A stretch of DNA of 64,000 bases from an uncultured Myxococcales bacterium (GTDB lineage Bacteria; Myxococcota_A; Polyangia; JAAYKL01). Positions 45,981 to 55,214 of this stretch are shown in pieces (the first letter of the stretch is position 1; every line of letters starts with the position of its first letter). The notes beneath the pieces were generated by a model. That model saw only the letters and a program-made list of their open reading frames with translations, searched no databases and was not told the DNA's origin. Position numbers and translations under genes: made by a program. The DNA lies in contig CAZHCG010000001.1 of the NCBI GenBank assembly GCA_964530995.1, positions 14,942-78,941 on the forward strand, in the 5' to 3' direction.

Positions 45981-47971
45981 TGACTGCCACGACCCTACCG
46001 ACACTGACCTGGGAGCCGAGCGCCGTCACCGTGGGCGCCAACACGTCGTGGTCCAACTTCTTGGACGCAATCGCAGTGTTGGTCAACGCCTCGACGGACT
46101 GGACGGTGCTGACGGGAAGCGGCGCGGCGAGCTACCTGGAGATCGGCCCAAACTCCGTCGACCCGGACGTGGCTGACTGCCGCATCCTGGTCTGCATCGG
46201 CTCCACCCTCACTGACGACACGAGGATGCGCCAAGGCACCCGGGGCGACATGTGCATCGGCATCGACCCAACCGGAGGGTCGGGCGCCTACACGAGCTAC
46301 GACTCCACCGACCCGTACGGCACCGGGACGTTCAGCCTGTACACCAGGACGCGCGCGCTGACGCACTGGGACAGCGTGTGGCTCATCTCGTGCGAAGAGA
46401 TCTGGGGCATCCACGGCGATGACAGCGCCGACACTCAGGACGGCCAGCAGTCGTTCATCTTCGGCGCCCTCCTGGACCCGAAGGAGCAGGAGTCCGGCGT
46501 CGACAGCAACGGCCGGATGTGGGGGTACGCGGCCAGCGGCCAGAACGACCACATCAACAAGAACTTCTGGAACCTGTATTACAGCAACAGCATGTTCCAC
46601 TCGAATACCAGCAACAACCAGTTCTACATGGGCGCCTTTGACAAGGACTGGACGTGGCGGCGCTTGGCCCGAATGCAGTCGGTGGACACTCAGGAGAACG
46701 GCGCGAACACCCCGCTCAAGGACGCGTGGGGCAACTACATGGGGTTGACGTTCGACATGCGCATGTACGACAGCCCGTACAAGTACATGGGTCGCGGGCG
46801 TCAGATCAACATCTGGGATCGCGGGGGGATCAGGACTACGTACGAAACTGCCGGCGGTACCGTCCGGGCTGTGGGCCGCGGAGCGTCGAAGGACAGCCAT
46901 CAAGACACCATCGGGTTCACCAACCTGATCGGAGTCCCCACGCCGCCGGACCTGCCGCCAACCATGAACTGGCGGCGCAGCACGGATCTCAAGCAGTACG
47001 GGATCGACTTCTGGACCGGCGAGGACCAGCATATAGACGCGCTGATCGACCTCGTCGACAACTACTCGAACTACTGGATCACCGACCAGGGCAGCGGCGC
47101 ATTGGGGTACTGCATCTTCCGCCCGAGGACGGCCGGCGAGGGCAACCCGTCAGGCAGCCCCCTGTGCCCGAACATGCGCGTCGTCGTCGCCCTGTCAACG
47201 CAGATTACGAACAGCGCCTGGTGCTGGGGGAGTACGTGTAGCGACGCATTGCATTGGGGGCTCGACCCGCAGGGCGGCGCCGGAGCCTTCACGACGCACC
47301 AGAGCGCCGACCCATTCGGCACGGGGCGCTTCTCCAGGTACGTGGCAGTGCCCAAGCGTTTTGACGTCCGCGAGATGTGGCTCATCGAGAGCGAGGAGGT
47401 GCTGAGCGCGCACTTCTCCGACACTGGAGACAATGACGGCCAGACCTCCATCATCCTCGGGGCCATCTTCGAGCCGATGCATGACGACGCCGGGGAGGAC
47501 GGCGCCTCGGTCTGCACGGACAGCAAGGAGCGACTGTTCGGCATCGCCAAGAGCAACTACGGCGGCAGCTCCAACTTCATCTCTGACCGCTTCTGGCTGT
47601 TCGACAATAACTTCATGACCACGAACTACTATCGCACCACTCAGGACGCGACCGTCATCGGATTCAGACCTAACAGCGCGCCGTACGCCATGAAGAAGAT
47701 CGAGGTGATGACCATCTCCCAGCTGTCGTACCCGAATCAGGAGTTCGTCACACACGGCCTCGGGCAGTACGTCGGCATCCCGATCCACTATCGTTATCAC
47801 GAGAGCGAGAGCCCTGGGCGCGAGTTCTACGGCCGGCTGAGGCAGATGCGCGCGTGGGTTCAGGACTACCATCGCAGAGAGATCAAGGACACAGGCGGAA
47901 ACGTCAAGGTCATCCTTCGCGGTGCGTACAGAGTCGAGAAGAAGCATACGCTGGCGTTCGTGAACCCGTAG
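45980..47971 (+). CDS. tail-fibre or receptor-binding-like protein with an internal domain duplication
   Basis: Two related segments, CIGIDPTGGSGAYTSYDSTDPYGTGTFSLYTRT…WLISCEEIWG and HWGLDPQGGAGAFTTHQSADPFGTGRFSRYVAV…WLIESEEVLS. Confidence 0.5.
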   Translation: MTATTLPTLTWEPSAVTVGANTSWSNFLDAIAVLVNASTDWTVLTGSGAASYLEIGPNSVDPDVADCRILVCIGSTLTDDTRMRQGTRGDMCIGIDPTGGSGAYTSYDSTDPYGTGTFSLYTRTRALTHWDSVWLISCEEIWGIHGDDSADTQDGQQSFIFGALLDPKEQESGVDSNGRMWGYAASGQNDHINKNFWNLYYSNSMFHSNTSNNQFYMGAFDKDWTWRRLARMQSVDTQENGANTPLKDAWGNYMGLTFDMRMYDSPYKYMGRGRQINIWDRGGIRTTYETAGGTVRAVGRGASKDSHQDTIGFTNLIGVPTPPDLPPTMNWRRSTDLKQYGIDFWTGEDQHIDALIDLVDNYSNYWITDQGSGALGYCIFRPRTAGEGNPSGSPLCPNMRVVVALSTQITNSAWCWGSTCSDALHWGLDPQGGAGAFTTHQSADPFGTGRFSRYVAVPKRFDVREMWLIESEEVLSAHFSDTGDNDGQTSIILGAIFEPMHDDAGEDGASVCTDSKERLFGIAKSNYGGSSNFISDRFWLFDNNFMTTNYYRTTQDATVIGFRPNSAPYAMKKIEVMTISQLSYPNQEFVTHGLGQYVGIPIHYRYHESESPGREFYGRLRQMRAWVQDYHRREIKDTGGNVKVILRGAYRVEKKHTLAFVNP

Positions 47972-47980
47972 GAGGGGCAG

Positions 47981-48178
47981 ATGGCGCGGTATAGCTTTGA
48001 ATTTCTCGGGGAACATGCGGACGATACCGCCGCACTGACGTTCCTCAGGTCCAAGAACTGGGACACCAACGGCGATGGGACCGGCGACCCACACACCGGA
48101 GTCACATACTTTAACACGACCACAGGTGAACGTCGACAGTGGAACGGCTTCATCTGGCAAGCCTTCATCATGAGATGA
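47981..48178 (+). CDS. small paralog (65 aa) of the N-terminal domain of 45068..45625
   Basis: GGAGGGG ribosome-binding site; the paralogy is seen directly in the sequence. Confidence 0.4.
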   Translation: MARYSFEFLGEHADDTAALTFLRSKNWDTNGDGTGDPHTGVTYFNTTTGERRQWNGFIWQAFIMR

Positions 48179-48188
48179 GGAGATCGAA

Positions 48189-49922
48189 ATGACCACCGGC
48201 AGACGATACAAGGGCTTCTTCGCGAAGGCCATCCTCGGTGCCTTGGAGTTCGAGGACTGGATCTTCAACGCGCTGAGGGAGCACGTGGAGGACGTGGTCG
48301 GAAGGAGCGTCGGAGAGACGGTGCTCGACCCCACGACCACTGGGCTCGGAATCACCACCACCGAGGGTGTCGACGCGATCAACGACCGCCGCATGACCAT
48401 CACCGGCGACCTGCCATGCATGAGCAACAGTGGCCATCTGATGAGGTGTGGCGACGGCATCTCGCTGCTACAAGACATCGAGGGTTCGCGCACCATCACG
48501 CTCCAAGATCCGGCATGGTTCGAAGACCTGCCGTACGAGAATGCCGATGGCAGCACTTACTACGTCTACCTCGGACGATCCAACTACCCAATCGACGTAG
48601 GCATCGCACGTGATGGCAGCCGCGGGTACAGCGACATCGTGGACGTCCCCGGTTTTACCGTCAACCCGAACGTCGTCACGGACACCGGCACTTACCTGGA
48701 ACTGGGACTCAACGCCGTATTGACATCGCTGGGCATGCAGCAGTGGCTGACGTCCAACAACGACGATCCGGACTGGTCATACGACTGTGTGGTGTGGCTG
48801 GACACGGACCAGACCGGAGTGGAGATCGCCACTGACGATCCGGACGTGGCTATCGCGTTCTTCGCCAAGCTGGTCAGAAACGGCGTTACCGGCGCCTGGA
48901 CGATCAATCTGAACGGGTTCGGTGACGGGTACCTGGGACAGGCCACTCCCAGCACAACCCCAGCCCACTACAAGGTCTGCATCCTCGGTCCGCTGATCAC
49001 CAACACCAACGCACTGCAGAGCGACGACGATTGGGTATTCGTCGGCACCGTGGCGTCGGCCGTCGCGAGCGAGACGGAGGACACCTCAGGCCAGGTGATC
49101 ACCTCGCCGTATGCCACGTACTCGGCCGGATTCGGCGTCGAGCACAACAACACCCCCGGCGACCCGAACCTCGGCCGTCACAAGCAAGTCACTGCAGAAG
49201 CGGGCAGCCAGCTGCTGATCCGAGTCGACGACCCGGCGCTCACGGACGTCATCCTCCAGAACATCGGCGGAGGCGGCGCAAGGGTCCGTGCAGACGGCGC
49301 CAACGATCTCATCCAAGGTCGTGACGTCCGGTCGTACAACGGCTTCTTCCCAGTCGTGGGGTCCGAGTGGGACGACCACCTGACCTGGGACGCGCTCTAC
49401 ATGATGGCGTTCGCACCCAACGAGAACGCCGCGGCCGGAGGCGGGTCACTGAACTACGTGGCGTCTGGCGGCGCCGATCCGGCGCATATCCACCCGGGCA
49501 CCGGACTCGGCAACTCCATCACGTTCAGATTCCCGATCTTCCCGCCGGACCTGTTCGAGGTGGAATACGCCGCGATGCGAATCTGGGCGGCGGCCAACTA
49601 CACCCCGGGCACGCCGAACACGCTGCTCGCTCAGGTCTGGCAGTGGGATGATGGCAACGTTCTGCCGCTGGTGCTGGACATCTTCGACTTCAGCCTGATG
49701 ATTCCGCCGGCCGGAGCGTGGGTTCCACTTCAGATCCCTGCGTCGGCACCGTTCCAGATCGACCGCAGCCACACCGGCAACGAGGATCGCCACTTCTGGA
49801 TCGAGATCACCATCGTCAACGGCCCCACCACGCCGGTCACTGGGCCGTATCCGACTCTCAAGATTCATGACTTCGCCCTCGTCGGCAAGGTCCACAAGAT
49901 TCCGCAAGTCAACGAGCCGTGA
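48189..49922 (+). CDS. tail-fibre-like large structural protein
   Basis: GAGGAGATCGAAATG ribosome-binding site; 577 aa, Gly/Thr/Asn-rich. Confidence 0.5.
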   Translation: MTTGRRYKGFFAKAILGALEFEDWIFNALREHVEDVVGRSVGETVLDPTTTGLGITTTEGVDAINDRRMTITGDLPCMSNSGHLMRCGDGISLLQDIEGSRTITLQDPAWFEDLPYENADGSTYYVYLGRSNYPIDVGIARDGSRGYSDIVDVPGFTVNPNVVTDTGTYLELGLNAVLTSLGMQQWLTSNNDDPDWSYDCVVWLDTDQTGVEIATDDPDVAIAFFAKLVRNGVTGAWTINLNGFGDGYLGQATPSTTPAHYKVCILGPLITNTNALQSDDDWVFVGTVASAVASETEDTSGQVITSPYATYSAGFGVEHNNTPGDPNLGRHKQVTAEAGSQLLIRVDDPALTDVILQNIGGGGARVRADGANDLIQGRDVRSYNGFFPVVGSEWDDHLTWDALYMMAFAPNENAAAGGGSLNYVASGGADPAHIHPGTGLGNSITFRFPIFPPDLFEVEYAAMRIWAAANYTPGTPNTLLAQVWQWDDGNVLPLVLDIFDFSLMIPPAGAWVPLQIPASAPFQIDRSHTGNEDRHFWIEITIVNGPTTPVTGPYPTLKIHDFALVGKVHKIPQVNEP

Positions 49923-51937
49923 TCGATGAGCCCCAGGACCTGTACCACCGCGGCGGAAGCCCGGAGGTGCGCAAAGGCGCCACTCAGGCGCTCGCCCACA
50001 AGCTGGGGCTGGCCAGCACGGCAGACCTGCGCCGTGGATTTGACGGACTCTTGGAGAAAGCGCGAGCCGGACGCCTGACTGACACCCAGCTGAAGAAGCT
50101 CAGCGACGCCGTTGACCTGCTGCAACGCCTCGACGCCATTGACAGGCCGTGGGTATTCGGCCAGCGGTACATGTTCCATAGGTTCGTGTCCACTGACCCC
50201 ATATGCCCGGAGTGCAAAAACGCCGTACCTCACCGCACCATCCTGCTGTGCCCGGCATGTGGCGCCCCTGGGCCATGGGTGATAGTCGAAAGGCAGCTGC
50301 CGAGTTCGTACACGCACTACCTGCTGGTCGAACAGATCAGGCGCCTGTTCGGAAACGAGCTGATGCTCGGCACCGCGCACCGAGCTGACGGCATGGTGAC
50401 TGCTCTCCCTCGAGGCGGCGCCAAGTCCACGTGGCTCGCTGAAATCATCACGCTGTGGCTCATACTCACGGGGCGCAGTCGGTGCCTGCTGCTGCTGTCA
50501 AACACCATCAAGCAGGTCATCGAGCGCTCTGTAGAGATCCGAAATGAACTCGAAGTCAATGAGCTAGTCGTGAATGACTTCGGAGTGCAGTACGCTACCA
50601 GGCAAGAGAGGAGGGTGTGGACGCAGGAGGACTTCGTCCTAGCCAACAACAGCCGAGTTGTCGCCAGAGGCGCCATGCAGTCGATGCGTGGCGTGAAGAA
50701 CAACGAGTACCGACCAGACGTGGTGGTGGGGGACGACGCAGACGACGACAAGTTCCTCTCATCGCCTGACATGGCTCGCAAGCTGTGGGAGTGGTGGGAC
50801 AATCGAGTCGTCCCGGCATGCACCCCGAACGCCATCTACATGCTGCACGGCACGGTGATCGGTGAAATGGCGCTGCTCTGGCAGGCGATGAACGGACACC
50901 GCGGCATCACAATGCGCAAGAGGACGTTCCGTGCGCTGGAGGACGATCCCGGCTGCAACGTCTGTGGCATGCCGGCGCTCAACCCTGGGCCGATGGACTG
51001 CCCAGTGTGCGGTGCCAGGACTCGCGCCGTCTCACCGAGGAGCTTCTGGGGTGCCCGCTTCACCGTGGAGGCCCTCAAGACCATCAGACAGCGCATCGGC
51101 CACTGGGCATGGAACTCAGAATATCAGCAGGAGCCGCACGATGACTCGACTAGCTGGTTCGAGAAGGACTGGCTGAGCGCCGCCAAGCGCGACGACTTGG
51201 CTCCGCTGGCAGGAAACGCTCGCAGGGTCCTACCGTGGTCCGTCCTGTCAGTCTCACTGACCGGCAACGAAGCAGTCAAGCTGGCCACCATGGCAGACGA
51301 GCGATACCGACAGGCGCCAGGAGACCTCGGACCGTATCAAGTCATCCTACAGTCGTGGGACCCGGCATGGGCGCGCGCCAAGCCCAAGGACCAAAAGAGC
51401 TGCTGGATGGCCGGCATAGGCATGGGTCTGACGTGGGACGACAAGCTCGACGTCTTCTGGATCGACAGAGACCGCGGCCTGTCAAGCAATCAAGACTACC
51501 GCGACTGGATGTACAACTCGTGGACAGAGAGCATCCTGCCCAAGACCACCGTAGAGCGGCCCGGCCAGATCGGCATGATCATCGAACGCAATGGCGGTGG
51601 AATCCTGTTCCAGTTCGGCGTCGAAGAGCACTGGGGAAGCGTGCCGGTTGTCGACCACCATACCGGCACTGAGAAGCACGACCTAGTGGATGGAATCCCG
51701 GGGCTAGCGTCGTGGTTCAAGGACAATCGTGTCATCATCAGAGCGGGAGGGTCTGACAAGCAGCGCGAGCTGGCCGACGAGCTTATCTACGAGCTGAAGC
51801 ACTCGGGGCGCAGCACTCATACCGACCTGTTGATGGCTCTGTGGTTCGGCTGGGCGTACATCAATCGCTGGATGCGAGACATCAGAGACCCGGCGAGGTA
51901 CAACGAACTGGCCCGGCGCCGATCGCCCGCCGCTTGA
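49919..51937 (+). CDS. terminase large subunit (ATPase plus RNase H-like nuclease) carrying two CxxC…CxxC zinc-ribbon insertions
   Basis: P-loop-like ALPRGGAKSTWLAEI; Walker B VVVGDDADDD; nuclease acidic residues ILQSWDPAWA…IDRDRG…LVDG; CPECK…CPACG and CNVCG…CPVCG. Confidence 0.55.
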   Translation: MIDEPQDLYHRGGSPEVRKGATQALAHKLGLASTADLRRGFDGLLEKARAGRLTDTQLKKLSDAVDLLQRLDAIDRPWVFGQRYMFHRFVSTDPICPECKNAVPHRTILLCPACGAPGPWVIVERQLPSSYTHYLLVEQIRRLFGNELMLGTAHRADGMVTALPRGGAKSTWLAEIITLWLILTGRSRCLLLLSNTIKQVIERSVEIRNELEVNELVVNDFGVQYATRQERRVWTQEDFVLANNSRVVARGAMQSMRGVKNNEYRPDVVVGDDADDDKFLSSPDMARKLWEWWDNRVVPACTPNAIYMLHGTVIGEMALLWQAMNGHRGITMRKRTFRALEDDPGCNVCGMPALNPGPMDCPVCGARTRAVSPRSFWGARFTVEALKTIRQRIGHWAWNSEYQQEPHDDSTSWFEKDWLSAAKRDDLAPLAGNARRVLPWSVLSVSLTGNEAVKLATMADERYRQAPGDLGPYQVILQSWDPAWARAKPKDQKSCWMAGIGMGLTWDDKLDVFWIDRDRGLSSNQDYRDWMYNSWTESILPKTTVERPGQIGMIIERNGGGILFQFGVEEHWGSVPVVDHHTGTEKHDLVDGIPGLASWFKDNRVIIRAGGSDKQRELADELIYELKHSGRSTHTDLLMALWFGWAYINRWMRDIRDPARYNELARRRSPAA

Positions 51938-51987
51938 ACCGCACGGCCGGCGGCGGCCCACCGAGGGTTTCACAGTCACACCCACTA

Positions 51988-51996
51988 TGGTATGAT
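51988..51996 (+). promoter_or_regulatory. extended -10 promoter element TGGTATGAT, leaderless start for the ligase gene
   Basis: The -10 hexamer ends 6 nt before the ATG at 52003. Confidence 0.45.
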
Positions 51997-52002
51997 GTAA
52001 AC

Positions 52003-53919
52003 ATGGAACAAGACCAAAACATCATTGAGCTGCTGCAGGAATCGAATCGCGCGTACTATGACGACGGAGAGTCTGACCTCGATGATGAACAGTACGACGC
52101 TCTATTGGAACACGCACAGCGGCAAGGCGTCAAAATATCGACACTGACGCCACCTCCAGATGGTTCGCCGTGGCCGACGATCGCGCACAAGAGCCCGATG
52201 CTAGGCATCGACTACGTGGCCAAGAACAAGCAGGAGTGGATGGCCATCGTTGACAACGATCCACTGCTGGAGGGACACCTCAGCCTCAAATACGACGGCT
52301 TGGCACTGGAACTGCAGTACGACGACGATGGCAACCTGTGTCACTGCGTGCTGAGAGGCGACGGATTCGAGGGCGAAGACGTGTTCAATAACGCTCGCCT
52401 GGTGCGCGGTATCGCATGGAAGGTGAAGACGCCGAATCTGAACGTCTACGGCGAGGTGTGCTGTTCATTCAACAATCTGAACGCCATCAACGAACTGAGG
52501 GAGATCGACGGCGACCGCACGTACAAGACTACGCGCAGTGTGACGGCCATGGTACGCAACACTAAGGCGTGCCAGCATCAACTCGTGCTGCTCACGTTCA
52601 GACCGTACCGCACATACCCGTCGCTGAAGCCAACACAAGACGACGAGCTGAAAGCGCTTCACTTCGAGAGCGTGGGGCCCAGGAAGTTCGACCCGATCGA
52701 GGCTCACAGGGCCAGTGCCGTCACGGCATGGAAGGCGCGCATCGGAGCCAATGACTCTCGCGACAAGTGGCAATACCCGCTCGATGGCGTGGTCTTCCAA
52801 TTCGCCAACGGAGAACTCGCAAAGCTCAAGTTCCCGGCAATGTCCGCAGTCACGACTGTGACCGGCATCGCAGAGCAGCTCGGTCGCACGGGCATCGTAG
52901 CGCCAGTGCTGGAGTTCGAGACCGTGCGCCTGCTCGGCACAGAAGTGAAGCGCGCGTCGATATTCAATGCCGAACTAGCTGCCAGCCGACTGCCAGGGCT
53001 CGGCATCGGCGCGAAGGTCATCGTCTCCAAGCGCGGTGATGTCATTCCGCACGTGGAGAAGATCGTATCACCGGCTGACGTGCCATGGGTACCGCCGACG
53101 TCATGTCCGTCGTGCGGATCTCCACTCGAGGAAGACGGCGCATACTTGCGGTGTTCTGCCGATGCCGCCGACTGCCCCGGCACCACCGTCGGTCTGTTGC
53201 GCAAGTTCTGCATGGAGCTCGGCATCGATGGATTCGGTCCAGGCGTGTGTTGGGCGCTTGTCAACGCCGGCTACACGCTTCCTCACCACCTGTACCTGAT
53301 GGACTCCGCGCTGATTGAGGACATACCCACGCCGTCTGGCAGCCGACTCGGGTCCGCGGCGGCGAACCGGCTGATCGCAAGGGTACACAGGCGATCGGAA
53401 CTGACGTGGGGGGAGCTGCTCGGGTCCATCGGAGTCCAGGGGTGCGCCAAATCCGTCATGGAAGCCGTCGCGGAGAGGTTCCCGCCGGACGAATTGCAAG
53501 GAGCCACAGTACACGACCTGATGGAGGTCGACGGTGTGGGCCCAGAGCGCGCGGCGCAGATCTCAACGTTCCTCGATGAGAGGTGGTTCGAGGTCATCGC
53601 ACCGCTCCTGGAAGTCGTGAGCCTACGACGCACTGATGGCCCGTTGAACGGCAAGACCTTCTGCATCACCCTCGGACTCAAGACCGGATCGAGAACGGCC
53701 GTAGAGGGAATGATACGTGCCGCCGGCGGCGGTGTAAAGTCCTCTGTAAGTCGCAAGGTGACGCACGTCGTGTGCAACTCACCCGATGAGAACACCTCCA
53801 AGCTGAAAAAGGCGCGCGAATACGGCATCCCAATCATCAGCGAGCGTCGACTGCTCGACATGATAGGCGAAGGCACCAGTGACCTGGACGCCGAGCCCAA
53901 TCCGAACGACAACTTCTAA
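52003..53919 (+). CDS. ligA: NAD-dependent DNA ligase
   Basis: N-terminal Ia region (YYDDGES); adenylation KYDGLAL; zinc finger CPSCGSPLEEDGAYLRCSADAADC; C-terminal BRCT domain. Confidence 0.9.
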   Translation: MEQDQNIIELLQESNRAYYDDGESDLDDEQYDALLEHAQRQGVKISTLTPPPDGSPWPTIAHKSPMLGIDYVAKNKQEWMAIVDNDPLLEGHLSLKYDGLALELQYDDDGNLCHCVLRGDGFEGEDVFNNARLVRGIAWKVKTPNLNVYGEVCCSFNNLNAINELREIDGDRTYKTTRSVTAMVRNTKACQHQLVLLTFRPYRTYPSLKPTQDDELKALHFESVGPRKFDPIEAHRASAVTAWKARIGANDSRDKWQYPLDGVVFQFANGELAKLKFPAMSAVTTVTGIAEQLGRTGIVAPVLEFETVRLLGTEVKRASIFNAELAASRLPGLGIGAKVIVSKRGDVIPHVEKIVSPADVPWVPPTSCPSCGSPLEEDGAYLRCSADAADCPGTTVGLLRKFCMELGIDGFGPGVCWALVNAGYTLPHHLYLMDSALIEDIPTPSGSRLGSAAANRLIARVHRRSELTWGELLGSIGVQGCAKSVMEAVAERFPPDELQGATVHDLMEVDGVGPERAAQISTFLDERWFEVIAPLLEVVSLRRTDGPLNGKTFCITLGLKTGSRTAVEGMIRAAGGGVKSSVSRKVTHVVCNSPDENTSKLKKAREYGIPIISERRLLDMIGEGTSDLDAEPNPNDNF

Positions 53920-53944
53920 CAACCAAATAGGGAGAACCACCGCC

Positions 53945-55069
53945 ATGACCAACGCCCCTGCACTCGAGCCCGACCCGAAAAAGCCGGTAGCTCAGCGAGA
54001 GCATCGACAGTACGACGTCCTCATCGTCGATGGAGGCGGCGCCGCCGTCACGTCATGGGCCACGCACCGCAACCTGGACACCGCCGAATACCGCGTCAAG
54101 GCCGCCTTCCACGTCTTCATGATGAGCCTGTCCAGCCTGTCCCGCGTGATGTCGCCCGGGTGCCACATCATCGTGGTGTGGGACGGCCGCGACAATCGCG
54201 CGTACCGTCGTGGAATGCACCCTCACTACAAGCACGGACGAGGCTCGGTCATCAATCGTGAAGAGGTCGGATTCGTCGTGCAGCAGGCGAACGAGCTGCT
54301 CAACGCGCTGGGGGTCGACACCGTGGACCGACCCATGCACGAGGCCGACGACATGGTGGCCACGATTGCCACGGAGCTCGCCGACAACGGTCACAAGGTG
54401 ATGCTGTACTCCGACGACAAGGACTACTACCAGCTCGTGTCGCCAGACATCCACCTGCACCGTCGCAGCTTCGAAGGCGTCGTCATCACGCCGCAGCAGG
54501 CTGCCGTCATGGGCATCGAGTACGGTGAGCGCTACTTGCACGCCAAGGCGGTCATGGGCGACTCCGGAGACAACATCAAGGGCCTGAAGGGAATCGGTGA
54601 GAAGAAGGCGTTGCAACTGCTGGAAGCCAACCCCGATGCCGTGGCACAATGCCTCGCTGACCCGTCGACGGTCGACTGGTCCAACGTGCACGGAGCGCTG
54701 CGCAAGGCGTTCATCCGCGCCGGCAGCCGCCTGGTGCATCCCATGCCACTCGTCGACAAGAAGTTCGCATCTGCGTTCGCCGCAAAGCGCGGTATGAACG
54801 CGCCCACTGACTACGACCTCGGCGAGAGCGTGTACCTGGAGGCGACCGCCAAGGAGATCCGCTGGAGCCTCAAGCTCGTCACCATGAACCGAGAGCTCGA
54901 ATACGAATCGTACACCACGATTGGAAAGCGCGATGACGAGCGCGTGTACGAGATCCTCCATCGATTGGGAATAGATCGTGATGAGGATGTCACGTCTGCT
55001 GTCAACAGCATCACCATGATGATGACCGCCGGAAGAGACGACGACGCCGCGCCTAACGCAGCGTTCTGA
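53945..55069 (+). CDS. 5'-3' exonuclease / flap endonuclease (Pol I N-terminal-like)
   Basis: VLIVDGGGAA, VVWDG, HEADDM, SDDKDYYQLV; H3TH motif GIGEKKALQLL. Confidence 0.85.
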   Translation: MTNAPALEPDPKKPVAQREHRQYDVLIVDGGGAAVTSWATHRNLDTAEYRVKAAFHVFMMSLSSLSRVMSPGCHIIVVWDGRDNRAYRRGMHPHYKHGRGSVINREEVGFVVQQANELLNALGVDTVDRPMHEADDMVATIATELADNGHKVMLYSDDKDYYQLVSPDIHLHRRSFEGVVITPQQAAVMGIEYGERYLHAKAVMGDSGDNIKGLKGIGEKKALQLLEANPDAVAQCLADPSTVDWSNVHGALRKAFIRAGSRLVHPMPLVDKKFASAFAAKRGMNAPTDYDLGESVYLEATAKEIRWSLKLVTMNRELEYESYTTIGKRDDERVYEILHRLGIDRDEDVTSAVNSITMMMTAGRDDDAAPNAAF

Positions 55070-55114
55070 TAAGGTCAGTCGATGCGAATTGCTCGACACG
55101 ACCAGAACTGCGTC

Positions 55115-55149
55115 GCCACCGCCAGGGTGGCTTGATTTACCGTTTCTTG
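55115..55149 (+). terminator. intrinsic terminator: GCCACC-GCCAG-GGTGGC followed by a T-rich tract
   Basis: 6-bp stem, then TTGATTTACCGTTTCTTG. Confidence 0.55.
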
Positions 55150-55156
55150 ATATACT
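55148..55156 (+). promoter_or_regulatory. extended -10 promoter element TGATATACT
   Basis: Motif family member upstream of the ribonucleotide reductase gene. Confidence 0.5.
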
Positions 55157-55214
55157 GATAGAGTGACCCCAAGGGAAGTCAGCGACATATCCCCACCCAA
55201 CGGAGGCGACGGCA

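Noticed and set aside
45995-48556. Two long minus-strand ORFs (345 aa and 453 aa)
   Set aside because: Antisense to the tail-fibre-like genes; Arg/Ala/Val-rich with no motifs.
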